DNA from: Leucoraja ocellata
Lineage: Eukaryota
Length of the DNA stretch: 64,000 bases
Direction of reading: 5' to 3'
Assembly (NCBI GenBank): GCA_036785375.1
Contig: JAWMAR010000107.1
Coordinates: forward strand, 2,728,001 to 2,792,000
Shown: positions 49,293-62,113 of the stretch, one piece after another
Position numbering within the stretch: position 1 is the first letter of the stretch
Layout of the letters: every line of letters begins with the position of its first letter
The notes under the pieces: generated by a model
Databases searched by the model: none
Seen by the model: only the letters and a program-made list of their open reading frames with translations
What the model was told of the DNA's origin: nothing
Made by a program: the position numbers and the translations under genes

Positions 49293-50482
49293 CATGCTAT
49301 CTTTCTGTGGATATATTGGACAGCAGACACCACCCCTACAAAACAATTGACTTATTTTCTGTGGTGAACTGTGGTGAATTTGCTACCCTCATGTGTTTGT
49401 CACGCAGCATATGTGAAGTACAGCAACCACCACTCTGCATCTCACTGTGCACCTCACCCTAGTAACTCCGCACTGGAGCTGAGCTCACCAAGCTTAGAGT
49501 CCGAGTGAAGAACTGCCTTGGAAAGTCACCATCTCCATGGTCAGTGAATATCACCCTTCACTCCACTTTCTGCTGAATTGCTAGTATTTATTTTTGCATC
49601 ATGTCCATGCTCTCACCAGGGGTTGTGCTAACACTGCATAAGGACACTGTCCTCTTGCAGCCATATTGACCCATCACATGGCAACTGACCCCAAGGTGCC
49701 TTCCCAGTATTGGGGAAGTTCTGCTGCGTGCAGCTGGAAAGAGTAGGTTGAAATATTTTCTTCAACGGCAATTCGAATCTGAACACATTCCAGTGGGTTG
49801 GGTCATGTGTTCATGCTGCTGCTGGACTGGTCTTTCAGTGAACGTTGGTTCAATCCTTGTGGTGCTGCCTCCTCACTGCTCAGTGACCCAGGTTCAATCC
49901 TGTCCTCCGGCATGGTCTGCGCTGAGTTTTGATATACTGTGTGTTTCCTACACATGCTCCAGTCTCCGCTTCCATCCCAAAGACATGTGGTATGGCAGGT
50001 TAATTGTCTGCTGCAAATTATCTCTCATGTGCAGGTGAGAGATAGAAGAAAGCAGGAATCAATGGGAGAACAAAATAGGATTCATGTAGGATTCATGTAA
50101 ATAGGTGGTTGAAGGTCAGCACAGACTCAGTGGGCCAAAGGGCCTGTTTCTGTGCTGCATGTCTCTCTCAAGAGTGTGTACTTATCAAATGCACCAGGAT
50201 ATGAAGTGGAACAAATACATTTTTACTTGCTGTAGCTTTAGAGACACACTCATTCCATGTTAGTTGGAATTGGTTCTTTGTTTCTGTGGCGTGAAATCAG
50301 ATGGTCTAGGAAGTTGAATTCAGTTTTCAAAATCATTTTTAATATTTTTTTGATACCAGCTGTTGGATTGCCAAAACAATGCTCTTTGCATTCCACCATT
50401 CAGGAAAAGAAGGTCCTAGCAGTGTAGAGTGCTTTGTATAGTTTAAGTCCAATTTTTAGTGAGAGAGTTAACATAATGGGAC

Positions 50483-51003
50483 TTTACGAGGATGTTGCCA
50501 GGACTAGAGGGTGTGAGCTATAGGAAGAAGTTGAGTAGGCTAGGTCTCTATACCTTGGAGTGCAGGAGGATGAGGGGTGATCTTATTGAGGTGTATAAAA
50601 TCATGAGAGGAATAGATCGGGTAGATGCACAACATGTCTTGCCCAGAAAAGGGGAATCGAACACCATAGGACATAGGTTCAAGGTGAAGGGGAAAAGATT
50701 TAATAGGAATCTGAGGGGTAACTTTTTCACACAAAGGATGGTGGGTGTATGGAATAAACTGCCAGAGGAGGTAGTTCAGGCTAGGACTATCCCAACATTT
50801 AAAAAACAGTTAGACAAGTACATGGATAGAACAAGTTTGGAGGGATATGGGCCAAGTGCAGGCAGGTGGGACTAGTGTAGCTGGGACATGTTGGCGGGTG
50901 TGTGTGAGTTGGGCCGAAGGGCCTGTTCCACACTGTATCACTCTATGACTCTATGACTCTATGACTATGACTCTATCACTCTATCACTCTATCACTCGAT
51001 GAC
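50483..51003 (+). mobile_element. CR1-type LINE 3' end with (CTATGACT)n tail
   Basis: Open 127-aa piece MLPGLEG..RRMRGDLIEVYKI..FFTQRMVGVWNKLP..FKKQLD. Confidence 0.88.
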
Positions 51004-51897
51004 TGGACGTGTGCGGGTGTTTGGCCAATCCATGATTCTGTTTGGCTGAACTCTACCTTTTGCCCCCTGATATCACCCTACTATCAATGGAGCATGGCAT
51101 TTGATGTGGCTAACTTAATTAAAAATCAAAAAGACTAATATTTTTTCCACCAAGCCACTTCAACATTGTTAATGTTAATCAAAAACCTGTCTGTCATACA
51201 CTGGTGCTCACTTAGAACTGAAGCCAAAAGGATTTATGGCCTTCATTTGCCAACCCCCCCCCCCCCCCCCCCCTCCCCTCCCCTCCATCAATCCCCACTC
51301 ACCAACTACTCACCATACTCTGCCTTGTTGTACAACAACTAATATTTTCTATTGGCAAGGCTTGGTACTGTCCTTGTACATGGACTCTGAGCACTCAATA
51401 TCCATTTTATAACAAGGTGCCCACGTACCACACCCTTTCCCAAGTGTAGTCTCATGGAACTTTGATAGGAGTTTAACATTAATTATTTGCTTTCAGTTCA
51501 CACCCTCTTGAAGTAAATCCTTGTCTTTCATTTACTTTTGCAATTTGTTTACCTTGATTAGCTTTCATATTCCCCAAGTAATATATGACCTCTTATTTTT
51601 TGTTACCAATATATCTTTACGACTATCTTCAGTTTAAACCAGCATCTGCAGTTCCTTCCTACACCTGGTCTCCCTGTCTGATAAGCTTCTCCACTCCTAC
51701 CAAGGAGTTTAAATCTTGACTGCCCATTAATACAGGGCTCTAATGGCCAAATTTAGCTTTAAGATAAGATGTAAAGATAAATTGGTAAGAAAAATAAGAG
51801 CTTATATTACTTGTGGAATATGAAATCTAATCAGTTCTTAGAAATAAAAAGGGGATGATCATCCCTACAGGCCTCCGAAAAGTCACTGGAAAGTTTC

Positions 51898-52080
51898 TAA
51901 GAAGGAACTGCAAATGCTGGAAAATCGAAGGTAGACAAAAGTGCTGGAGAAACTCAGCGGGTGCAGCAGCATCTATGGAGCGAAGGAAATAGGCAACGTT
52001 TCGACCCGAAACGTTGCCTATTTCCTTCGCTCCATAGATGCTGCTGCACCCGTTGAGTTTCTCCAGCACTTTTGTCTACC
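51898..52080. mobile_element. Fold-back Penelope-terminus insertion (74-bp hairpin)
   Basis: Arms 51930-52003 and 52007-52080 with one G:T mismatch and a 3-nt loop. 13-bp TSD ACTGGAAAGTTTC (51885-51897, 52081-52093). Confidence 0.9.
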
Positions 52081-53964
52081 ACTGGAAAGTTTCCTCAGGC
52101 AACACCTAGGCTACACAGGAGAGGGCAAAGCATGACCTACTCAGAGAATTAGCCAGGGCAAGTGACTGAAGTGTCAGTGGGCAAATATTTTGGAACCAAC
52201 GGCCACAGTTCTATTAGCTTTAATATGGATATAGATATTTTATAGATAAGGACAGAATTGTTAAAGTTCTAAATTAGGGCAAGGCCAACAATGGTATTAG
52301 GCAGGAACTTGTAATGAATGGTCCCGACCCAAAACGTCACCTATCTATTTTATCGAGAGATGCTGCCTGACCCATTGAGTTACTCCAACAATTTGTGCCT
52401 ATCTTTGGTATAAACCAGCATCTGCAGTTCATTTTTATTGTAACTTGTAAAAGTTGATTGGAGTAGGTTGTTTACGGGCAAAGTGACATCTGGAAATTGG
52501 AATCTTTTTAAAAGGGGTCACAGTGAAAGTTCAAGGTACGTGTGCGTTCCAGTTAGAGTGAAGGGCAGAGCAACTAGGAGTAACGGACCCTGGATGATGA
52601 GAGAAATTGAGGCTCTGGTCAGGAAAAAGATAGAGGCATAGGCTAGTGTGATCAAGTATATCCCTGGACGGGATCTGGGGATTGAGGAGTTTACTTAAGA
52701 AGGAAATCAGGAGGGCAAAATGGGATCGTGAGCTAGCTCTGGCAAATAAGGTTGTGGAGAATCCAATCATATTTTATAAGTATATTCTTGGAAAATGGAT
52801 AACTAGAGAGAGAATAGGCTCCTGTAATACACTGACAACATTTAAGAAGTGTCCAGATGAGTGCTTGAATCACTTTGCATGGAAGACCACTGAAGCCAAG
52901 CACTGGACGATGGTATTAATACAGAAGGGGGCCCATCGCTCAGTGTGGACATGGCGGGCTGAATGGCTGTTCCACATGATGTATGACTCCATGGCACTGT
53001 CCCATTGCAGCACAATGGCACGACTTGTTCCCATGATTGAGGGAGTGCTGCTCGATGGGTTTGCCCCTTTAAGAAGGCTGTAGAAGTTTAATAGCATCAA
53101 CCGAGATCCAACCCAAGGAATGTTTCACTCCTCGGCCAGAGTGTGACCCGCCTTGGGATTGTGGCTGGGTCCTGGCTAAGTGAATCAGCGGCTGCCAAGG
53201 AGTTTTATGCTTGGATCGGGATTCTAGACAAGTGCACATAAAACGAGTTGAATGTTTGATTCCTGAGCTCCAGCTCTCTGAGTGGGGAAGGGTGATAAAA
53301 AGCACTGGTCTCTGCCCTGCTGCAAACTCCAGACCATCCTGCCAGCTTTAGGCAGCCACGCTCGCTCGGCAGTGAGAGGAGTTGCAAAGCAGCTTTGCAG
53401 CTGGCTCAGAGTTTATGACTCTGGTCTTCATTTGGAGTTGTTTTGATCAGAATTGGCCTGGCACACTGGGGTTCTGTGCAGAGGATTAAACTGGATGGAA
53501 AGTGCCTTTAGCTGGAGCCAGCTGTGTATACACTCTCCCACCACATTGAAACTACCGCAGACGTCCACAGGGCCAGCCAGCACAGAGGCTGCCTCGCACA
53601 TCTTTTATTTATCACCGGTTTGTGCGCTGAGCTTGAGGACAATTGGCAACCTATGCAAGCTGATCCCACTCTCTGCTGATATTGAAGGGAAATGCACAGA
53701 GATAATAATCTCTGTTTTATTTAACTCTAACCATACCTGATGCAAGGTGACAGGAAGTTTCAAGGAACATCAAAGGTGAGGCCTATTTTTAGAAATCCTG
53801 AGGGAGAGTCAGGAACTCAGAGGTCGTGTTATATATTACACAAGTCCACAGCAAGGTTGTCAGTGAGACCATAAAATAGATCCTCTTCCAAATACTTAAC
53901 AGACTTAGTTTTAACATTGCAAATTGATGATGGCCACTGGAGAGAGAACAGAGAGTGACTGAGA

Positions 53965-54175
53965 GGGTCCGTTGTCTGACTGAGGGAGTCTGGGAGACTG
54001 AAGGGGGGGGAGTCTGGGAGACTGACGGGGGGAAGTCTGGGAGATTGACGGGAGGAGTCTGGGAGACTGACGGGGGGGAGTCTGGGAGACTGACGAGGGG
54101 AGTCTGGGAGACTGACTGGGGGAGACTGGGAGACTGACTGGGGGAGACTGGGAGACTGACTGGGGGAGTCTGGGC
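53965..54175. repeat. G-rich minisatellite (GGGAGTCTGGGAGACTGAC-based)
   Basis: About 9-10 variable units. Confidence 0.88.
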
Positions 54176-54319
54176 CACTGATGCTAGCTTCCCTTCTCTG
54201 AGAGGTATTAGTGAACCAACCCTCTAATCATTGATCATCACAAATGGCAAGGTTTTTTTTGGAGCTCCAGACGATTAATTGAATTTATTTACAGCAGTTG
54301 CTGATCAATTGGGTGGTGA

Positions 54320-54645
54320 AGATCCCCAATGTGAGGAAGAACCAGGGGCCACAGTTTAAGAATAAGGAGTAAGCCATTTAGAACGGAGACGAGGAAACAT
54401 TTTTTCTCACAGAGAGTTGCGAGTCTGTGGAATCCTCTGCCTCAGAGGGCGGTGGAGGCAGGTTCTCTGGATGCTTTCAGGAGAGAGCTAGATAGGGCTC
54501 TTAAAAATAGCAGAGTTAGGCGATATGGGGAGAAGGCAGGAACGGGGTACTGATTGGGGATGATCAGCCATGATCACGTTGAATGGTGGTGCTGGCTCAA
54601 AGGGCCGAATGGCCTACTCCTGCACCCGTTGTCTATTGTCTACTG
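54320..54645 (+). mobile_element. CR1-type LINE 3' end
   Basis: FFSQRV..LWNPLP, 3' UTR GAATGGCCTACTCCTGCACC and a CTATTGT tail. Confidence 0.82.
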
Positions 54646-56509
54646 AAGGGGGGATCGGGAGTGGGCGAGTGATGGAGATCACAAGCGTGAGGAAGGGTCA
54701 GAGTGATGAGTGATTCCACTGACCCGCTGATTAGAGTGGTTCAGTCGCAGTGATGCTGGATTCAGAGATGGGAAGTAAGTGAATTAAGTGAAGTCAGCAT
54801 TAAGCTGAGGGACCAATCGTTAATCGCTACCCCTCTCCCCGAGCCAGCCCAGCACTTATCCTCCTCTCGCCCTCTCACATCTGCCCCAACGGAGACCACT
54901 GAAGTCACAGACTAGTCACGCTAGCATAAGTGGTTGTGGGGAAAATAGCTGAGGTTGCCAGAGTAGAGCTTGCTGTGGAAAGGCAGACATTAATCAAGAT
55001 CAGCTTGGAGTGATGAAGGTTGTGCCTTGAATGCAGTTCTCGAGGTGGTAACAACAAAGATCGATGACCCAGGGAGCTGGCCCACGTGCAGATGGGTCGG
55101 ACAAGTTGGTGCAGGTGGGACTCAAGGGGAAGAGACAGGTTGGATCCATCACTGACTCAGTGGCAGGAATCAAAAGGCAGCAATCAAAGGTTGTTTCAAT
55201 CACTGGAAAGCAGTTGCATGTGAAGTCAAAAACTGGTCGGGGGGGGGGGGGGGGGGGACGGGGGGGGGGGGAAGGGGTGGTAGAGGTGTGGGAGATGGAA
55301 GGTCCTCCACAGAGGAGTGTGGAGTGAAAGGAAACAAGGCCTCATGATAGATCGTAGGGAACTCATATCCCAGAGGGTGTTGGAGCCCGAGCCCACAGAC
55401 TGAGCAAGGTGGAATCTTCAGATGCACTGACGGAGGAGGCACAAACAATGCTCGGCTCTACTGGCAGTGGGGTAGTGGAGACAAGTTGGGCAGTTCACGT
55501 AAAGGCCACCAATTACACAACTACACTCTGTTACAGGAAGCACCTCACAGCACAAGGAAGGACACAGGGAAAGTCCAAGGAAGTTGCCAGGTTTGGGGAA
55601 GTTTACAAATTAGGATCAGGAGTTGTCCATTTAGCCCTCAAAGCCTGTCACGCCATTTAATAAGATCATAACTGACCTACTGTAACCTCAGCTCCACATT
55701 TCCATCAATCACGCTAGTTTTTACACCAATTGCCACCTCATCAGTCCCTTTGCTTGTCAAATCACTTTCTACCTTTGCCTTAAAAAAAGACTTATGACAT
55801 TATGGAATAAAATTAATTTCACCTTCATCTCAAATGTGTGATCTCTAATATTGGAACAGTGACTACTCTAACATTTGCCCTGTGACAGATATGATGTCAA
55901 TGGGCCTGTGGTTACCTGATTACTGCTTCCCTTCCTTTTTGAACAAGTTTACTATCCTCCAACCCTGTGGAACATCCCCCCGAATCTAGGCGGTTTCCGT
56001 AAATGAAAGCCAGCACATCAACTATCTCCCGCCTGCCTTCTTTTAAAATCAAGGACTTCAGAACCCGAGGAATGCCGGCTCACAATTCCAGCAGTTTTCT
56101 CAGTACTGTGGCCCTGTCGTGATTCAGGTGTGCCAGCAGGGGCCACAGTATGGAATGCTCGTGGGATAGATGGGATTACAATGAATGTAGGGGAAGGCCA
56201 AAAATGTGTTTTGAAGGAGAATTGGAGCCTCTTATGGTTTTGAGCACATTTTGATCATTAAAATACTATCTTCAGTTGCCCAGATAAATGGTCGCAATTG
56301 TTTTTCGTAGGGTAGGGGAGTCTAAACTAGAAGGCGCATGTTTAAGGTGAGATACGACACATTCACAGAGTGGGTTTGTGTCTGGAACGGGTTGCCAGGG
56401 GGAGTGGTCAAGAACAGTACTATTACAAGGTGCAAGTGACATTTGGACAGATGCATGGATAAGAAAGATCTGGACGGATATGGGCCAAAGGGGATTAATT
56501 CAGGAGTTT

Positions 56510-56855
56510 GGGCGGCGGCACGGTGGCGCAGAGGGAGAGTTGCTGCCTTACAGCGCTTGCAGTGGCAGTGGACCCGGGTTCAATCCTGACTACGGGCGCT
56601 GTCTGTGCAGAGTTTGTACATTCTCCCCTGTAACCGCGTGGGTTTTCTCCGGGGTCTTCGGTTTCCTTCCACACTCCAAAGACATACAGCTTTGAAGGTT
56701 AATTGGCTTGGGATGGTATACTTGGTATAAGTGTAAATTGTCCCTACTGTGTATACACTTGCGGTAATAAGCGGAGATTGCTGGTCGGTGGGGACTTGGT
56801 GGGCCGAAGGGCCAGTTTCCACACTGTATCTCGAAACAAAACTAAGCTAAGTTTA
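56510..56855 (+). mobile_element. Full-length SINE (HE1-like)
   Basis: Head GGGCGGCGGCACGGTGGCGCAG, B box GGTTCAATCC, core and tail. Confidence 0.85.
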
Positions 56856-57524
56856 AGATGAGGTCAGCAAGATGAGTTGAGCCAAAAGGCCCGTTTCTAT
56901 AACGCTAAGGATATAATTTATTTTATTTAGCTCTTTATTTAGCATGTCTATTATGAGTGCTAATCGCATTCCACCATAGACTTCCCCGTGGCACAGATTG
57001 TTGTTCTTTACATATTGTTTTATTTCAGTGTTGGCAGCAGAACCAGTGCTTATTAGCAGTGGAGCGTGGCTCACATCCACTCGCTGGATGCAAGCAATTA
57101 CTCAGTGGGTCCCACTGGAAGCATAACTCACTCTGTCAGTAACCTTGTGCAAAGACACGGCCCCGAATGCCATGTTTGTGTTTGTGCCCCAGCGGAGTTG
57201 GTGAGCAGACCTGACGGGCAGCCCGGTAGCACAAGGGGCAGTGCCTGTGGATTTACAACTGGTTTTGGTGCAAGCTTGCTAAACCTTGTCCACATGCATT
57301 TGGCGCCAGAGAGAGAAACAGCACAGAGCCAGGCTCGTTGGCTCAACAAGTCCTCATCAACATCAACCATACAATTTTATACTAATCCTACCCTAAGCCC
57401 TTTTATTCACATCCCATCATCTCCCATTCACTTACACACTAGGTGTAATTTGCAATGGCACACGTCTTGGGGATGTGGGAGGAAAGCAGGCCCCACAGAT
57501 GAAACCCACGCTGTCAGAGGGAGA

Positions 57525-58400
57525 ACAGAGAGCATAGAACAGTACAGCAAAGGAACAGCCACAATGCCCGCGCCAGACATGATGCCAAACTAAACTAATA
57601 GTGTCATATAGCGTAGAACCAGGCCTTTCAGCCCAACTTGCCCACACCAAGCAACGTGCTATTTACACTAGTTCCACTTGCCTGCATTTGCCCCATATAC
57701 CTCTAAACCTATCCTATCCATGTACTGATCTAAATGTTTCATAAATGTTGTGATAGTATCTGCCTAAACTACCTCCTCCATCAGCTCGTTCTAAACACTC
57801 ATCGCCCTTTGTGTAAAAAAGTTATCCTCAGATTCCTATTAAATCTTTCCCCCCTCACATTAAACCTATGTCCTCTGGTTCTTGATTCCCATACGCTGGG
57901 CAAGAGACTCTGTGCCTTCACCTGATCTACTCCTCTGATGATTTTGTACACATTTATAAAATCACCCCATAGCTTCCTGCACTTTAAGGAATAGTCCTAG
58001 CCTACTCATCCTCTCCCTATGGCTCAGGCCCTCGAGTCATGGCAACATCCTCGCAAATCTTCTCTACACCCTTTCCAGCATGACATCTTTCCTATAACAT
58101 GTGGCCTCAAAAACATCTTATATAACTGTAACATGGCCTCCCAACTTCTATCCTCAATACTCTGAATGATGAAAGCCAATGTGCCAAAAGCCTTTTTGAC
58201 CACTCTATCTACCTGTGACGCCACTTTCAAGAAACTACGTACCTGCTCTACAATACTCCCCAGAGCCCTGTGTACCATTCACTGTGTAGGTCCTGCCCAT
58301 GTTAGCTTTCTGTATTAAATTCCATCAACCATTCCTCAGCCCATCTGTTAAACTGATCAAGACCCTGCTGCAATGTTTGACAACCATCCTCCTCTGTCTG
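57525..58400 (-). mobile_element. CR1-type LINE fragment
   Basis: LKVASQVDRVVKKAFGTLAFI..IE.RSW..MLQLYK..RPH on the minus strand. Confidence 0.82.
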
Positions 58401-60539
58401 CGTGTGATCCAGTTCCCTCCATTCCATCAATATGCAGAGCGTGCAAACTCCATACTCACAGCAGCCAAGGTCAGGATCGAACCAGTTTTGCTGGAGCTGT
58501 TTGGATCATAACCCAGATGTTCTGCCTGGTTTCATCCCCAGTTTAGCTTTGGAAGTGTCAGAATGCCGTGCAGGCAGCTTGCATTGAGTGCTGGCTGCTG
58601 TACAGGCTAAAGATGCTGGCGTAGCTGAGATAATCATGAGTGGTCACTGGCTGTCCTGCCCTTATGTCAGCAGCAGTGTCAACCATCACTTGCTGGAGTT
58701 AGGAATCACAGGTTTCTTTTGCCAGCTTTTCCATTTCCAGGTGCAAGGGGCTGAATGGTCTGATCCTGGCTTCCATCTACTGCATTCTTCTTCTGGCTTC
58801 TTTGATTGGTGACGCTGAACGTGTGTCTTTCTCCTCCAGAACGATGCAAAGCCTCTCAGGGCACGCCACTGTTTCCAGTTGTCAGCACTCCCACATGAAC
58901 TGGGCGGTCTGGTTGATGAGTAAATATAATACAAATCAAATCCACATTGGAATAAGCCACTGCTGCTCCTGCAGACTGAGCAAAAGACAAAACGGATGTT
59001 TTCTGAGATTACAATCAAAACCCTTTGCTTAGCTCCAAGTGTAGAATATGATGGAAAATGGTCACACTCATTCCTCTCTACCCCCATTTTATTCCTCAAG
59101 GTAGTAACCCCGCTCCTTACGGAAGAATCTTTGATCTATTCTACCCTGGCCACTTTGGCTGGAAGTGGATTTCATTTCCTCATCGTGTATGCGGAATAAT
59201 CTCAAGCCTGCATGTGCCGACCTTTCTGCCAGCTCTGGGCTCATTACCCAAACATCAAATGGCCACCTGGTGCCTCCTGGGCATGGATGGAGGTTACCAG
59301 TGCCAGTCATGGTGTTGGGTTATAGAAGGCTTGGCCTCTGCTGTGAGACTCTTCATAGCTTCTCAGTTCACAAACCATGAGGACTGCCAATAAAGGCAGC
59401 TACTGCCAGTGACATCCTGTAAACACCTGAAGTGAAACGGACGCAGCTGAACCATGCATCAACACATTTCCATGACTTATGTGGTGGGTCGCCTGATAGA
59501 ACTATATAGAATTACGAGAGGCATAGACAAAGTAGACAGTCAGTGTCCTTTCCCCAGGGTGGAGATGTCAAATACTAGAGAGCATAGGTTTATATCAGAT
59601 GGGAAAGGTCCCAACTGAAATGTCGCCTATCCATACCCTCCAGAGATGCTGCCTGACCAGCTGAGTTGCACCAGAACTTTGAGATCAACTCAAGATTCCA
59701 GCATCTGCTTGGTTTCTTGTGTCTCTACAATTATAAGGAGATTTGCAGGGCTTGTTTTTGTACACGGAGAATGGTAGATGCATGGAATGTGTTGTCAGGG
59801 GAGGTGGTGGAAGCATATGTAATAATGATGTTTAAGAGGCATTTAGGTAGATACAGAAATGGGCTGGGAATGGAGGGACGGACATAGGTCAGGTGCAGAT
59901 AGATGTGCTGTTTGAATTAGAATCATGGTGAGCGCAGATGGGGTGAGCCAAAGGGCTCATTCCTGTGCTGCACTGTTCTATGTTCTATGTGCTTGAGGTA
60001 TTATAGGCAGTCTATTGGTAATAATAGTTTGCCCAGAACCTGGCTCACCATGTGAACAGCAATGGGACCAATAGTTATCCTCTGGGTGGATGTCTCCACT
60101 CAACCATGCTACTTCCGCAGCCTCAGAAACCAGTGCTCCCACAGCAACTTGCAAGCTGAGCCAGTCTTTAAGCTACCGTTGCAGTAGGCTATAGTCAACA
60201 AATTACCTCACAGGCCCAACTTGGAAATAAACACACTGCAGGGGAAATGTAGTTTGCAGCTGAATGAAAGAGAAGACTTTGATTCAGGAAAGAGTATGGA
60301 ATGGGCTGATGGAAGAGGTGAGCACATTGGTAGACCGCTGACTGAAAGAAGAGGAAAACACTAATTTCAGCACGACTACAAACAAAGAACATTTCCAAGG
60401 AATGTATGACATCATGTGAGGATATAAATAACTTTAATAAGCAGCTTGTTGCATTAATGCTAGTTTTAGGGGAATGGATAATATTAGACTTCCTGACAAA
60501 GCGTGATCTCAGTAAAGGGGTTTAACAGGCAGTGGGTGG

Positions 60540-61310
60540 TGAAGAGGGAAGAGTGACAGAGGGGGAGAGGGAGGGGAGAGTGACAGGTGGGGGATAGATG
60601 GGGAGAGTGACAGGTGGGGGGAGAGAGTGAGAGTGACAGTGGGAGAGTGGGAGGAGAGTGAGAGAGGGGGGAGAGTGAGAGAGGGGGGTAGAGGGGGGAG
60701 AGTGACAGAGGGAGGAGAGTGAGAGAGGGGGTAGAGTGACAGGTGGGGGGTAGAGGGGGGAGAGTGACAGAGGGAGGAGAGTGAGAGAGGGGGTAGAGTG
60801 ACAGGTGGGGGGTAGAGGGGGGAGAGTGACAGAGGGGGGAGGGAGGTGAGAGTGACAGATGGGGGGGAGAGAGGGGGAGAGTGACAGAGGGGGCAGTGGT
60901 TAATGTAGGTCAGAGGAAAGTGAGAGTGGGAGGAAGTGACAGGCTGTGGAGAGAGCAACAGGCAGTGGTAATGTCAGGATGCGGCATGATGTGATTGTGG
61001 ATAGCAGGCGATGGAGAGTGACAGCTTGTGGCAGCGATGCGTTCGACTGTGACAGGCCATGGAGCATGACGACTGATGGACAATGATCTGGGAGAATGAC
61101 AGGCGATAGTGACAGGCGCTGAACATTGACAGGCGGTGAACATTGACAGGCGGTGGTGAATGACAGGTTATGGAAAGTCCAGAGACATTGACAGCTGGCG
61201 AACAGTGGCAGGTGGTGGAGAACAGTAGGCAGTGACAGGCAGAGGAGAGCGTTGCATGGTACAGACTGACAGTTGGTGGTATGTTACAGTCAGCGGTGTG
61301 ACATCTCACT
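60540..61310. repeat. Purine-rich tandem repeat (GGGAGAGTGACAG) grading into a degenerate GTGACAGGC repeat
   Basis: Visible periodic GAGTGACAG motif. Confidence 0.8.
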
Positions 61311-61544
61311 GCCAGTAATCCTGGTGTAAGTCCAGTTGTGTTTAGATAACTATTGGTGGGATGTCATTGGGAATAAAGCCCCCTGGCCAGGGTTTTTGGA
61401 ATCGGTATTGGAAAAATCCCAATGTGGAGCGGAGAGATCTGATTAAACAACTGTCTAGGTCAATGAGGGTTTTGCACCATTTGACCCTACAAAAGCAGTG
61501 TTGAACATAGTCTCACAGATGGCCACCAGTTTGTTGTCAATATT

Positions 61545-61837
61545 ATGTTTAGTTTTAGTTTAGAGATTCAGCTTGGCAATTGGCCCTTAGGACCCACCGA
61601 GTCTGCATCGACCAGTGATCCACTTACATCAACACTATCCTACACAATCGGGACAATTTACAATTTTGCCTAAGCCAATTAACCTACAAACCTATACATG
61701 TTTGGAGCGTGGGAGGAAACCAGAGCACCTGAAGAAAACCCACACAGGTCATGGGGAGAACGTCCAAACTCCATACAGACAGCACCCGTAGTCAGGATCG
61801 AACCTAAGTCTCTGGTGCTGTAAGGCAGCAACTCTAT
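61545..61837 (-). mobile_element. SINE (HE1-like)
   Basis: Reverse-complement consensus. Confidence 0.82.
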
Positions 61838-61925
61838 CGACCTTCATCACACAATTATCCAAAGGAATGGTGGAGATGATATAATTACAACGTTTAAGAC
61901 ATTCAGACAGATACATGGTAGGAAA

Positions 61926-62113
61926 AGTAGGCATGATGAAGTCAGTCAGTTGTGCGTGGGTGCAGGAGGTGGCACCAAAGCAGTCATCGATGTAGCAGAG
62001 GTAGAGGTCGGGGATGAGTCTGAAGAAGGGTTTCGGCCCGAAACGTTGCCTATTTCCTTCGCTCCATAGATGCTGCTGCACCCTCTGAGTTTCTCCAGCA
62101 TTTTTGTGTACCT
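61926..62113 (+). mobile_element. Penelope mini-insertion: inverted RT (YIDD) fragment joined to a terminus
   Basis: 14-bp TSD TACATGGTAGGAAA (61912-61925, 62114-62127). 61935-62015 on the minus strand encodes IPDLYLCYIDDCFGATSCTHAQLTDFI. Inserted in a CR1 3' end. Confidence 0.85.
62017..62050 (+). ncRNA. Putative minimal type I hammerhead ribozyme motif
   Basis: AGT-CTGAAGA(62020-62026)-A-GGGT-TTCG-GCCC-GAAA-CG-TT, identical to the motif at 7704-7737. Confidence 0.55.

Noticed and set aside
51930-52080. pre-miRNA gene
   Set aside because: The arms are copies of a dispersed transposon terminus with a TSD; kept as a TE-derived hairpin.
58741-58810. Possible exon encoding a hydrophobic segment after TTTCCAG
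   Set aside because: The sequence resembles a decayed CR1 3' UTR (AAGGGGCTGAATGGTCTGATCCTG) and the donor is weak.
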